Shown: piece by piece, positions 1 through 12,280 of the stretch
Numbering within the stretch: the first letter of the stretch is position 1
Layout of the letters: every line of letters begins with the position of its first letter
Assembly: GCF_009914755.1 (NCBI RefSeq)
Contig: NC_060944.1
DNA length: 64,000 bases
Direction: 5' to 3' (one strand)
Source: the human T2T-CHM13v2.0 reference genome, Homo sapiens
Made by a program: the position numbers and the translations under genes
Notes under the pieces: model-generated
What the model saw: only the letters and a program-made list of their open reading frames with translations
Told to the model about the DNA's origin: nothing
Databases searched by the model: none

Positions 1-1834
1 ACATGGTCCAGGGCAGCTTAATTTACAGAGTGCTTAAAGGCCAAAAGTTTTGTTTTAAGATGGGGAACTCATCACACATGTTTACCTTCCTTCATTTCCC
101 AATTTTTAAAGAAAATATATGTTGTTTTCTAAATAGGAAAATATCTACATCAGAGAAGGGTGCAACCCACTTATCTGAAATGTCAAGAAATTTACGAAGG
201 ATATAGGGCAAGAAAGAGAGGATGCCCTGGATGAGTCACCAAAAGAGATTGAAACACCTAATGGAGAAATAAGGGATGGGACCACATGCAGCAGCTAGGA
301 GCAGCAGGGGTTCAGAAAGGGCAGGCAGCCCTGAGGCCAGACACCGAGTGTGGGGAAGCACACCCAAAAAGAGGATTTCATAGCTGGCTGGGACCCTGGG
401 AGCACCTTCTCTCCACTCTCCAGCCTATAGACACAGAAGCCACCTTCGAGGAGCCAGGGAGCATCCCACCTGCAGGATGCATTTTTCCCCAAGCTCATCA
501 CATCCTCCACAGTAGCAATCCTAAGGCGGACCCATAACAAGGGTTTCTGACAATAGAAATATGGTTCCTCAACGTGACTGGCACCCAATGAGGTCCCACC
601 TTGTACCCAGCTCTATCTGGGCATGAGGGAGCAGAGAACCAAAAACCACAGGCTCCACCTGAAGGTGCTCATGGCCCAGCTAAAGAGATGGAGCAGGGCA
701 AGGAATTGCAGTGCAGGAATTGGTATGGGGGACACCTTAGGAAGCTGCCGAGGGGACACCCAGCTGCATGTGAAGGCGTCCGGGAAGCTTTTCACTGGAG
801 GCGTCTTGAAGAAAGATGTGAGGGGTAATTTAGGTGTTAACCAGAGTTAGGGGCAGCTGTCAGAGGAAGCGGAGCCGTAGGCCGAGTGACTTTCCAGGTA
901 GGGCAGTCAATTTTGACATTCCCAGTGCACTCTGAGCACGGGGAAAGGCAAAAGAGCAATCACATAACCCGGGAGAAAACACCCTGAGAAACTGCCCCAT
1001 AAATTCAGGGATCTACATGTGGCATCGTCCTCATTTTATTCTTTACTTGGCTCACTTTATCACTAGAAAATCCAATGAGGACTTTTATGAAGACACACAC
1101 ATAATTAATGGGGATAACTCATTAATTTACAAGCCAGCTAATCGATAAGCAGGTTAATCTACTTAGGCATCTGAAGAATTACCGTGTAGCTCTCTATTTA
1201 CACTGCTATTTAGTCTCGTTCCACTTCATCAGCTTTTTGGTGGCTATTAAACTGACAGTGCTGGTCACCACATAGAAAAGCTGATGGATTAATTTCTGCT
1301 AACATGATATTCTTCTGGTATATGAATAGCATATTAATGGCCCACAACCAGATGATGGCATTTCCCATCAGGAGAAAAATATATTTCGTGCATTTCAAAA
1401 TTTCAAATCAATCTTTCTTTTACTCTACCCATCTATTTAATTTTCCGGCTTGATTTTTTTTTTTTAATGTTTCAAACAAAAAGTGAAAGCGAAAACTTTG
1501 GTTTTGTTAAAAATAGTTATATACTTCAGAGAGTATTTAGGCTTTTGGGTTCAAAAAGAAAAAAAAATAAAGCAACAAAATGGGATTTGGTGTCTAGAGC
1601 TCCCTGTATGTTGGAGTGATTTTAGGTCAGACCTAAACTCAAGTGCCAGTGGAAATCAGACCAATAGTGAAATGAATGCACTGGGCCTATTGGTGGCTAA
1701 CCGGCCGGCACTTAGCTTCTCTCAGGAAGGCCACCTTTACATGGCTTGTAGCTGTTGCTTTGTGAAAATCCGTTGCAGCTTGTAAAGATTTTCAGTTTTT
1801 CAAGAGAAGCCAAACATCGGGTTTTGGCAACTCT

Positions 1835-2339
1835 ATCAGACAGTTCTTAGTTGCAGGTAACAGAATCCAGTGGAGCTGATTTAAGCAGAAATGAATTGAT
1901 TATTGGACCTTGGGTAGCATATAGCATTTCCAGGAAGACCAGGGAATCAAGCCTGGATACCATGCAGCCAAGGCAATGCCATCACAGGAACCCCTCAGCC
2001 ATACTATGGAGTGTGCCAACACCTGCTGCCCTAGCAAGTCACAGCCCTCAGGACACTAGGGACCACAACCACTGCTGAGCATCCCAGGGCCTTTCCGCTC
2101 TTGCTGGCCTCCCCATGCCAGCTCTCTCCTCACTCTCTCCCGCCCTCCAGGACGTGGAGATTGTCTGCTTGCTGGCATCAAGGTCAACTTCAGCTAGCAC
2201 CGAGGTCACCTGCAGCACCAGCTACAAAAGAGTCTGGCAAATGTAGATTTTACCTTCCAGGCTCTGTCTTGCTGAAGAGCTGGTTTGAAAGAGGTTAAAG
2301 TTGACTTGAGTAAGCCAACATCCAGCATTTGTCTCAACA
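1835..2339 (-). mobile_element. MaLR solo LTR, MLT1K/L-like
   Basis: Starts TATCAGACAGTTCTTAGTTGCAGGTAACAGAATCC and ends GAGTAAGCCAACATCCAGCATTTGTCTCAACA, resembling the termini of old MLT1 LTRs in reverse orientation. Confidence 0.6.
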
Positions 2340-2443
2340 ACTGACAAGCAAAATTAAGGCTGTGCAATTGAAACAATATTGCTCTTTGGGCTACAATGAC
2401 TCAATGGGTCAGCAGTGTCCTGCCTGTTCAGTAATAATTTGCA

Positions 2444-4014
2444 AGCAGAGATCTTATTTCCCGTATTCCCGTGTTGCACAGCACCTCCCAAGCCAAAGCA
2501 AACCAAAGCAAAGGAGCCCTTGATGAGGAGGGGCCTTCCCCCAACCTGGTCTCCCACAGGTCCTACATACGTACCCACCCCAGACACACAGAGCTGCTTC
2601 CTGCTCTCACACCAGACTGAGCTGTGCCCAGACATTTCCCCTAGCACTAACCAACTCTTTCAAAAATACATTTTTCTCTAAAAAGAACAAGTTTAAACAA
2701 AGTTGACTCATTTTAAGAACTGTTTAGAAGATAACCTTGTGTTTATTAATTATGTATTTGCAGAAATTGGAGGCAGAAGGTTACCAACATTGCCTGGTGT
2801 CCAGCCAGGAGGTAGAGCGTGGTGGCATCCAGAACCTTCCTCCAACTCCTGCCTGGCGTGGTTTTTATTCATCTTTGTATTCCCAAGAAACTTCTCAGTG
2901 TCTCAGGAGTGTTAGGCACTCAGTACGTGTTTGGTAGTTACATGAATGAATGCATAATGACTAAGTGAGTTAATGGATGAAGCTAATTGTCTCTCCCTTT
3001 TGCTTTTCCAGAGCTTTCCAAGGTGAAAGTGTTGGACACTCTTTCTTCATCTCAGATTTAATCAACTAAGAATGCTGCAAATTGAACACCAGTCCACAAA
3101 ACTCAGGAATACATGAAAAGCATTGTGCCTTATTTTTAACTAACTCAAATTCTATGTCAGTCTCCCTTTTATGCTGGATGTTGGCGCTAAATCTCAGTGG
3201 GTTCCTCATTCTGCCAGACCTGTGTCCAGTTTGGGGGCTTCACATAGAGCCACCCCATCACAGGAGAGGGAAGGGTCTTGCTCTTGGTTGCCATCACTCC
3301 ACCCTCTTGTCTTCCGAGCTTTGATGTTCACTTTCCTTTTCACCACTCGGAAGCTTCCTGCCATGATACATTGAGACCTCAATGTTAATGCCAATTGGGG
3401 TTTGGGGTTCTCATAAACTCAGAAGTCCAGGAAAATCGCCTGCTGCCTCCCACAACACTCTGAGGGCATTCTGGAATCCTACCACTTACCTGGAGCCTGC
3501 TGGCCTCAACTGTTTTGAAGTCTGTGTCTGGGCCATGCAGGTAAATGGGAGGATGTTCTGTGGCCATAAAAATACCCGAAGTCCCACCTAAAGTTGATGC
3601 AGGGTCTTCTGCATTTCATTGCAAAATTGTTCTATCATTTCTATAGTTTTCAGCCTACAGTCAGGGGCCAGGACTTTGCACCCTTGGTAAACCTCAATCT
3701 CTTCTCCTTCCTGGCTTCTACTCCTTTCTCCCTCAATCCCAAATCAAGGCCCTTGATTGTCTGGAGGTAGGAAAGCCTGGTTCTGGCTCATGATATAGTC
3801 TACATCATAGCCTTTGTCATCTCATGGATTCACTCAACAACCGTGTGTGGATGGGGCCACCCAATATGTGCCAGGAGTTGAGGACACGCAGGGTTATGAT
3901 GATGAAATAGATAAGGGGCCCACACTCACGGACCCTGCAGGACAGTGGAGCTGTGGACCCAGCATGCGAGTAAAGACCCAGTGAGCTCACCAGACAGATC
4001 ATTTAAATCAGGTG
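2444..4014. promoter_or_regulatory. Probable STAR5 anti-repressor (chromatin-opening) element
   Basis: Ends (AGCAGAGATCTTATTTCCCG...CAGACAGATCATTTAAATCAGGTG) and 1571-bp length match my recollection of the STAR5 clone. It is bounded by GATC sites at 2450 and 3997 with no internal GATC seen, as expected for a Sau3AI clone. Recall only; not verified by search. Confidence 0.55.
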
Positions 4015-4164
4015 ATAGGACAGTGAAGGGCGGGGGCTGCATTAGTTTTGGTGGCAAGAGAAGGATTATCTTCTGAGAGGATCCACAAAGTAAAGAGGGC
4101 CGGTATGACTGGGTAGAGTGAGGACCGTGGTTGAGGCAGAAGATGGAGCTCTTTATTGAGCTCT

Positions 4165-4296
4165 AGGGAGCCCGTCGGATGGGACCTACGGGGCTTGAGG
4201 GAGCCCATCGGATGGGACCTACGGGGCTTGAGGGAGCCCATCGGATGGGACCTACGGGGCTTGAGGGAGCCCATAGGATGGGACCTACGGGGCTTG
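4165..4296. repeat. Minisatellite, 4 x 33 bp (AGGGAGCCCATCGGATGGGACCTACGGGGCTTG)
   Basis: Copies at 4165, 4198, 4231 and 4264; single substitutions in copies 1 and 4. Confidence 0.97.
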
Positions 4297-4364
4297 GCGG
4301 ACTTAATTTTAAATGTGGAAGAAGCCATTGCAGAGCCTGAACCTGAGGTGTGGCATGGTTCGAG

Positions 4365-4880
4365 TTACTTCAAACCAAATTTATTGAAATCTCTTTGCAT
4401 AAAATGCAATGCGTAGATCTTAAGAGTATAGTTCAATGAGATTTGATAAATGTATGCACCAGTGTAACAACTCCTCCAGTCAAGATAAAGAAACGTCCCT
4501 CACTATTTCCTCATGCCCCTTCATAGTCAATATCTGATCCACTCAGCCTAGGCAACCATTGATCTGCTTTTATCACCATAGATATTTGGGTATGAGTCTT
4601 TGTATGATCAGCTATTTTTATGTTGCTTGGGTAAATATTTAGGAATAGAACTGCTGAGGCCAAGGATAGAATATTTAACTTGATTGCCGACTGTTTTTCC
4701 CAAGTGGTTGTACCACGTTCTGCCTCCACCAGCATGTGTGAGTTTCCAGGGCTTCTTGTCCTTGCCAGATACCAGGTGGTTGCATGCCGTGTCCCAGTGG
4801 CTGTTGGGAATCACAGTAGCTGGGCCCAAGATGACTCTGGAGGACTTTACATTTGCGCCCATCTGTGGGTCCTCCTATGC
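4365..4880 (-). mobile_element. Old L1 (L1M-type) 3' fragment
   Basis: TTTATTGAAAT...AAGAGTATAGTTCAATGAGATTTGATAAATGTATGCACC...GGTAAATATTTAGGAATAGAACTGCTG is typical of a reverse L1M 3' end. Confidence 0.75.
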
Positions 4881-5507
4881 CAGTGTTTCCCAAAGCATGG
4901 GCCATGCGCATTATTCTTTCCAAAATGATGTCATATGGTGCATAGGAATGTCATGGAATACAATGGAATCACTCTGGAAGGAACTTTTCCCTTCTCAGGT
5001 GTTGTTTGAATATTCCTGATGTGATCGAGGAGATTAACTGCTACTTAACATCTCTGCACCGCTTGCTAAACTCCTTGTTAAAATTATGCTTTTTATTTTG
5101 AAGGAGTTCTAGATTCACATGCGTTGTAAGAAATAACAGAGAGATTGCATGTACTCTTCACCCAGTTTCTCCCAATGGTAACATCTTGCGAAACTATGGT
5201 GCAAAATCAAAACCAAATCTCTTTTTATAACAAAGAGAGGGTTCCCACCTCAAGCTCAGATCCTTCCCTGTGTAGCTAGAACTTAGTAACAGTGTTTTAT
5301 TTTATTATATTCAGTTTCAAGGGTTACATTCTATTTATAACAAATGATACTGGTTTTCCCTTTACAATAATGATAAAATTTTATTACTGAGTAAATTGAT
5401 TTATGTTTAAAAATTGAGTTATTTTAAAGAATATATTATATAAATGATTGTGCTAGCTGTATGAAAATGAAAGTGAATGATACATAATTGAATTTCAGGA
5501 AACACTG
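4881..5507. mobile_element. hAT-Charlie-type DNA transposon remnant, interrupted by a short L1MC 3' fragment (~5090-5220)
   Basis: TIR-like ends CAGTGTTTCCCAAA (4881) and TTTCAGGAAACACTG (ends 5507); no clear TSD. Confidence 0.5.
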
Positions 5508-5589
5508 AAAACACTGAAGCTACACTATCAAATGGAATGCTTTCCAGACCCTACTTTTTCTACATTGAACAACTACTATGAATCTGATA

Positions 5590-6310
5590 CATCATGAATA
5601 AACCCATCAATTCACTGCATTTATGCACGCAATCGATATTTATTGAGGGCCTTATGAATGTAACGATTTTTCTGGGCCTTGAGGATGACACAAAGATGAA
5701 ACAAATCAGACAGATATCCTAAATTCAAATAATGCATAGCCTTGCAGGGAGACATTCATTCACTCCATGAATATTTATGAGCACCTGGCAGGTGGCAGGT
5801 GTATTCTAAAAGTGAGGAGGAAGCAGCAGAGGCCAGTGGAGTGCAGCTGTTTGGGGGTTCACATGTCACTGGTAAGACAGACAAAGAGCAGGATTCATGG
5901 CATTTTCTATGAAGATGACAAAACTTCATGGAAAAGTAAATGCTTGGGGAGGAGACATGGGGAGGCCTTGTTGTACAGGCAGGTCAGGGATGGTCTAGCT
6001 GAGGAGGAGGCACCAGAGCTGAGGCTGACATAAGAGAAGGAGCCAAACATGCAAAGAAGCAGTGGGAAAGTGCTCCAGGCACAGCAACAGCAAATGCCAA
6101 GGCTGTGAGCTGGGCATGAAACGGGTATAATTATTACACAGTAGCTCTAATTCAGGAAGGAGGAAGGGCCAAGTGTCTGGAAGATGCAGAGTTTGGAATA
6201 TGGAAGGGAACAGGCAAAGCTGGAAACAGTCTGAGCCCATAAAGGCTGCACATCAGCTCTGTAGCCATCGGTGGAGCTGAAAGAGACAGGACAAAGGCTC
6301 ATAGGAAAGG
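5590..6310 (-). mobile_element. L2 LINE fragments
   Basis: CATTCATTCACTCCATGAATATTTATGAGCACC tail followed by purine-rich L2 body (GGCACAGCAACAGCAAATGCCAAGGCTGTGAG). Confidence 0.7.
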
Positions 6311-6407
6311 CAGGACCTGTCCTGAGCTTGAACAACAGAGACGACCTTGAGAAACCTATTTGCAAAATGCTTCAAGCATAAATGCCATTTCCTACTATAA
6401 CTTTCCA

Positions 6408-6848
6408 TAGTAGCAGGTTGAATTGAATCCCCCAAAATATTACATTCAAATCCTAACCCCCAGTATCTATGAATGTGCCTTTATTTGGAAACAATCTCTT
6501 TGTAGATGTCATCAAGTTAAGATAACATCATACAGGATTAGGGTGGGCCCTAAATCCAATGATGTCCTTTTAAAAAGCTGGACACAGAAACACAGAGAGG
6601 AGAATGCCAGTCTAAAGTGGAGGCAGAGCTTGGAGGGATATGCCTACAATAAAACAAGAAACACCAAGGATTTCTGGAGCCAAGAAAGAGGAATGGAACA
6701 GATTCTCCCTCAAAGCCCTCGGAAGGAACCAACCCTGCCAACTCTTGACTTCCAACTTCTGGCCTCAAGAACTGAAATAACACATTTCTGTGGTTTTAGT
6801 CCCCCAAGCTGTGGCAACTATCTTCAGCAGCCCCAGGACGCTAACATA
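6408..6848 (+). mobile_element. MaLR solo LTR, MLT1C-like
   Basis: GGTTGAATTGAATCCCCCAAAA...GATTAGGGTGGGCCCTAAATCCAATGA...CTTCTGGCCTCAAGAACTG...GCAGCCCCAGGACGCTAACA. Confidence 0.85.
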
Positions 6849-7222
6849 GCTCTGCTTCCCTTTGCAGAGCTGGGCAGGGATTCTGCCACCTGAGGGTTTG
6901 GCATCCAATTCTTCTGTGAGATATTTACTCTTAGTGCCTTAGGCGCCAATTATTGTCTTTGATTAATTTCAGGGCCTCAAATTGTGAACCCCTCAGTTTT
7001 TCTAACAATGCCCCTCCTAACCCCAGTCAAGGCCAGCAGTGTTGAAGGGTTCATTGGGAGGGGACCTGCACTGGCTGTTTGGACTATCAGCTCCACCAGT
7101 GCCTACTGTGGCCTGTGCTTTCTTAGCACATTTTTAAAGAAATAAGCTATTGAACTTGTTGAAATAATAAAACAACCCAGGAATCACCTGATCCAAATAA
7201 ACAAACACCAATTAACTGCCAC

Positions 7223-7697
7223 TGTGGTGGGCAGATTCTAGGATGGTCCAAATGCTACAGCCTTCTGAAATTCACATCCTGGAGTGATCTCTTCACAAGT
7301 GTGGGATGGACCTAGTGACTGGCTCCTAATGAGCAGAATATGGTACAAGGGATAAGATGCTGCTTCTGAGATTGGGTCATAAAAAGGCTGTGGCTTTTGC
7401 CTTGGGCACTCTCTCCTGGCCACATCCTAAGGCAGTCTCACAGACAGGCTCACTTGGTCAGGAATGGTGGCCTCCCTACAGACACATGAATGAGCTTGCA
7501 AACAGACCCCAGTCAGCCTTGAGGTAACTGCAGGCCCAGTAACACCTGGGTGCAGCCTGGTGAGAGACCCCAAGCTGGAACCACCTAGCTCAGCCATACC
7601 CAGATTCCCAGCCCATAGAAACTACAAGATAATAAATGTTTGTTGTTTTCAGCCACTAGGTTGTTGGAATAATCAGCTATTCAGCAATAGATACCCA
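7223..7697 (+). mobile_element. MaLR solo LTR, MLT1F-like
   Basis: TGTGGTGGGCAGATTCTAGGATGGTCC start; GATAATAAATGTTTGTTGTTTTCAGCCACTAGGTT...GCAATAGATA end. Confidence 0.8.
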
Positions 7698-7805
7698 GCG
7701 TCCTCACTGTGGGGCTGCAGAGTGCTTTGAATACCAAAATGTTTATTAAAGAGGAAAATTATCTTGGATGAGCATAGATCAGATAAGGTCAGATTAGGGT
7801 GCTGT

Positions 7806-8110
7806 ACTTCATTCATTCATTCAGTTAGGTACACTTCATTCATTCATTCAGTTAGCCAGTCAGCCACACTCATTCCTTTATTCATGCTGCTATGTGCCAA
7901 GTATTGTCCTGGGCACTGGAGATAATGAAAATAAAAACAGCCCCTGTCCATAATGACATCATAGTCTAATGAAGATGACAGGGCATATTTAAATAATTGC
8001 TTTTGTGAGATAAATGCTAACATATGTTCAGTCACTTTTTCAACCAACAGACATTTTCTGAGTGCTTGCCATTGTGCCAACCTTGTGCTAAATGCTGGGC
8101 TTCATACCAT
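7806..8110 (-). mobile_element. L2 3' fragments with a locally duplicated (CATT)n tail
   Basis: ACTTCATTCATTCATTCAGTTAG at 7806 and 7833, followed by CTATGTGCCAAGTATTGTCCTGGGCACTGGAGATA. Confidence 0.7.
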
Positions 8111-8575
8111 GGGCAAGACTGGCCTGGGTCCTTTTCTCGTGGAGGCCGTGGTCTGCGTAGGAGGCACTTCACCCTCCAAGTACACACAGGGAAAGAATAA
8201 CTGCTCTGTCTGGTCTTAAGGGAGGGCTTCCAAAACCAAGTTCTTGAAGGAAGCCTTGAAAAAAGAGTAGGAAGTACTCTTGTTCCAGTAGTTCTGGCAG
8301 AAGAATGGGAAGGAAATTCCAAGGAACAGAATGTGTGTTACTTGGAAGCATGTGACAATGTGGTGTGTCTGTGTCTGCAGTCCAGCAAGGAGTTCGACCT
8401 CGCTGAATACTTTGCCTCTGATACCACAAAGAAGGGTGCTTCTGGATGTTTACTGCAGCAAGACTTGCAACCCTGGACACTAAGCTACCACCTGAATGTT
8501 CGTGGGTGCCTGTTGTCTACTCAGGATCCACACCATGGGCACCACTGTCCCCAAGGAGGGAAGGTAGAGCCCTCC

Positions 8576-8777
8576 CAGGGTTCTCAGCCTCAGTATTACT
8601 GACTCACTCTGTTGATAGCCTGTCCTGTGCAGTGTAGGATGTTTAGCAACATCCCTGGCCTCTGCCCACTAGATGCCAGTAGCTCCCCCTCCCACATTGT
8701 GACAACCAACATTTTCCCTGGGTATCACCAAATGTCCCCTGGGTGGGGGCAAAATTGCTCCCAGGTGATAATCACTG
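8576..8777 (-). mobile_element. MER20 (hAT-Charlie MITE)
   Basis: CAGGGTTCTCAGCCTC...TGTAGGATGTTTAGCAACATCCCTGGCCTCTGCCCACTAGATGCCAGTAGC...CAAATGTCCCCTGGG...ATCACTG. Confidence 0.9.
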
Positions 8778-9284
8778 CTCTTTAGAACCAACATATTATT
8801 AAAAGACCAGAGAAAGACATGATCTTAATTCCTAATTCTATGTAAAAAAAAAGAAAAGTGAATGTATGTGCATGCCCATAGCTATAGGAATTGATGGCTA
8901 AGGTCTATGGAGCACACTCTTATGCTCCCCAAGGTTAAAGAATTTCCATGAGGAGACAGTGGTGTGACAGAGACACTCAAAGGAGGGTTTAGCCTCTTTC
9001 ACTCAGTGTACTCTGCAATGATTAAATTGATTATAATAAGAATGTTTCCATGTTATCAGTTGTTTAAAGAAGTTCAAATATGCCCTACTCTTATGGCCAA
9101 AGGTATTTGTAAACATGTCAAAAATGGCTATGGAAGGTCTTGGCAGCAAAGACAGGAAAAGTTAGAAAGTATATGTGAGTTCCCTGAGACGGAAGGGAGA
9201 AAAACAACGCCAAACTGAAGATAAGTGTATCAGTTATTGCCTACATGCCAGGAATACCATATGAGAGTTTAAGAAGTTAAAATA

Positions 9285-9655
<371 letters not shown>

Positions 9656-10619
9656 TTATTTTCCAAATGTGTTTAAGAGATTGTTCACTGCAAAGCAGAA
9701 ATGCAGTGAAAAAAAAGAGAAATAAGCTAATTTTAAGTCATCCACGATAAATTACAAAGGGAAAGATCAAGGTTCAGACCTAGGACAGGTTTCAAGGCCA
9801 GCATCTGTCTCTAACTCACTTGCCTCTGGTGCGGCCATCCTGTCTGTCTGGACTTTCTCTCTAAATGAAGAGCTTGTCACTCTGTCTCTAAGGAACCTTC
9901 CTAGAGCCCTGATATTGAATGAGTCTGAGTCCATGGCAACCAATCCTCCATCTAAACCTGGAGTCTCAGTGCAATTTAGAAAAGGCCTGTTCCTGTCCTT
10001 GGAGGAGTTTGTCCAAACCAAGATTAGACAATTGGAGTTAGAGCAAAGGGCTCAAAGTACAAACAGGAACAACAGGACATTTACATGCAGTCCCAGAAAA
10101 GCTAAGAATCAAAGTTGCCCAGGAGGCCAAAGCCTTTCCTACCCACCTTGCTCTTCTCTCCCATGGACAGCACCTTTACGAGCTGTGACCCAGAGTTTGC
10201 AGCTGAAACCAATTTTGAAACCCCAAACTAAGCCTCGTCTTCTTGCTCTTGTATTCATGCTTTCTTCTTCTTGGAACTTACTTCCCTTGTTGAACTTCTA
10301 GAGAAGTGATGGTATGGCAGCTTGAGTTTGGTGTCAGAGCGTGCACACGTGTGTGGCGGAAGTGTGCAGGTGCCTGTGAGCAATTAGCTTCAGTTCCACA
10401 GTTGGGAACGCCAGTGGGTGGCACAGGTGTGGAGCTGCTTTCCATTCCTGCCTGGCCATCCTGGGTGTGCCTGGACTGTGCAAGCTCTGATGACCTGACT
10501 CTTACCCTGGAGTAAGACAGGTCTGCTCCTAGCTGGACCCATGGGAGGGGCCCAACAGCCACCTTGTGAGACAGCTACAGCTCTGGACACAGGCTCAGTC
10601 CCAGCAGCTGCTCTTTACC

Positions 10620-11255
10620 CACACACAGACACACAAACACACAGAACACACACACGGAAACAACATACAAACATGTAGAATACACATAGGCATAGCATAC
10701 AAACATACATATACACAGACACAACATACAAACCTACAGAGCATGCTCAGAAACAAGACACAGAGACCCAAATACAAACACAGACACGCAAACACACAGA
10801 ACACACACACAACATACAAACAAGTAGAACACATAGGCACAGCATACAAACATACAGATACACAGACACAACATAGAAACACACAGAGCATGCACAGAAA
10901 CAACACACAGAGACCCAAATACAAACACAGACACACAAACACACAGAACACACACACAAACAGCATACAAACATGTAGAAGGTGCAAAGACACAACATAC
11001 ACACAGAACATGCACAGAAACAACACACAGAGATACAAATACAAACACAGACACACAAACACACAGAACACACAGAAACAACATGCAAACACGTAGAATA
11101 CACATAGGCACAGCATACAAACATACAGATACACACACAACATACAAACACACAGAGCATGCACAGAAACAATACACAGAAACACAACACACAATACACA
11201 TAGCGTGCACAGATGATGCAACACACACACACACGGATACAACATAGAAACACAC
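10620..11255. repeat. CA-rich degenerate tandem repeat with a ~150-bp higher-order unit
   Basis: GTAGAA anchor at ~10675, 10824, 10975 and 11093 (spacings 149, 151, 118). Confidence 0.9.
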
Positions 11256-11610
11256 CTGTGCCCTGTGCTTGCTGCCTCACTGCCTGGAACGCGCTTCCCC
11301 GGGTCTTTGGATGCTGGTCTCCTCTTATCAGTTAGATTTCAGCTTCAATGCTTCCCCTCAAAACCCAATGTTTCCCTAACTGCAGGCCCCCTAACACCCC
11401 CACCATACTCCAGCGCAGTCTCTGTTCCAGTCTCTTACCCACTGCACCCCTCTCGGACACAACAGTAGCCGTCACAGCTGCTCCTTCCTTCACAGCTGTT
11501 TCCTGGCAGCCCAGGACACAGGCCCTTCCCATCAGACTTGAGGTTCTTGTTCACACCCATATATGTAGTAGGTGGTCCGTAAGTATTTGTTGAATGGATG
11601 AATAAATAAA
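11256..11610 (+). mobile_element. L2 3' end
   Basis: CTGCCTGGAACGCGCTTCCCC...TAGTAGGTGGTCCGTAAGTATTTGTTGAATGGATGAAT. Confidence 0.75.
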
Positions 11611-12044
11611 ATGGGAAAAATTTTTAGTGTATCAATTCTGCTCAGTATTGTACTGGAAAATACCTACCGAACAATTTGGAGGATTCTTTAGAAGATGTTA
11701 GAAAACCATTCCGCTATAAAAGCAAAAGGCCAACTGCACTGAAGTCCGAATCTTAACTTTAAACCTGTCATTCTTGCTGGTGCCTCTTTCTTCAACCAGA
11801 ACACTCTACTTGACACTCATCTACTTAATTGAAAAGCATTCAGGCCCCTGCGTTATTAGCATTTGTTGCTAGTATAATCTCCTTCTACACCAACACGAAA
11901 TTTGTATCAAATCCTGACAGCAGGTGAGGTGAGAAAAGTTTCTTATTGAACGGCTTGACCACAAGCCTGTAGAGAATTGTAGAATCTTGAAAGCAATAAA
12001 TCAAAACAGCAATCAGGTTCTGCACACTCTAACGACAGCAGTAA

Positions 12045-12280
12045 CAACAATGATAAAACAGCCCGGTGTACTGAGTACTCACTGTGGACAGGCACGGTGC
12101 AAAGCCATTTGTGTTATGAATTCACTTAATCTCGTTCCTAAGTCCATGAATAACTGCACTCCACAGATGAGGAAGTCCAAGCGCTGAACTTTTAAGCGAT
12201 GTCCCGGATGCCGCAGTCAGGAAGACGTACACCTGACATCCAACCCAGCAGCCCAGCCCCAGAGCCTCTCCAGATGTCAT
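12045..12280 (-). mobile_element. MIR SINE
   Basis: ACTGAGTACTCACTGTGGACAGGCACGGTGC...CACAGATGAGGAAGTCCAAGCGC. Confidence 0.7.

Noticed and set aside
4008-4416. 11-aa repeat ORFs and a CRISPR-like palindromic 33-bp repeat
   Set aside because: Units are directly adjacent with no spacers, there are no cas genes and the DNA is eukaryotic; the 33-bp period explains the ORFs
10566-11280. Long His/Thr-rich and Cys/Val-rich ORFs (173-216 aa) on both strands
   Set aside because: Translations of the CA-rich tandem array; no domain or gene context
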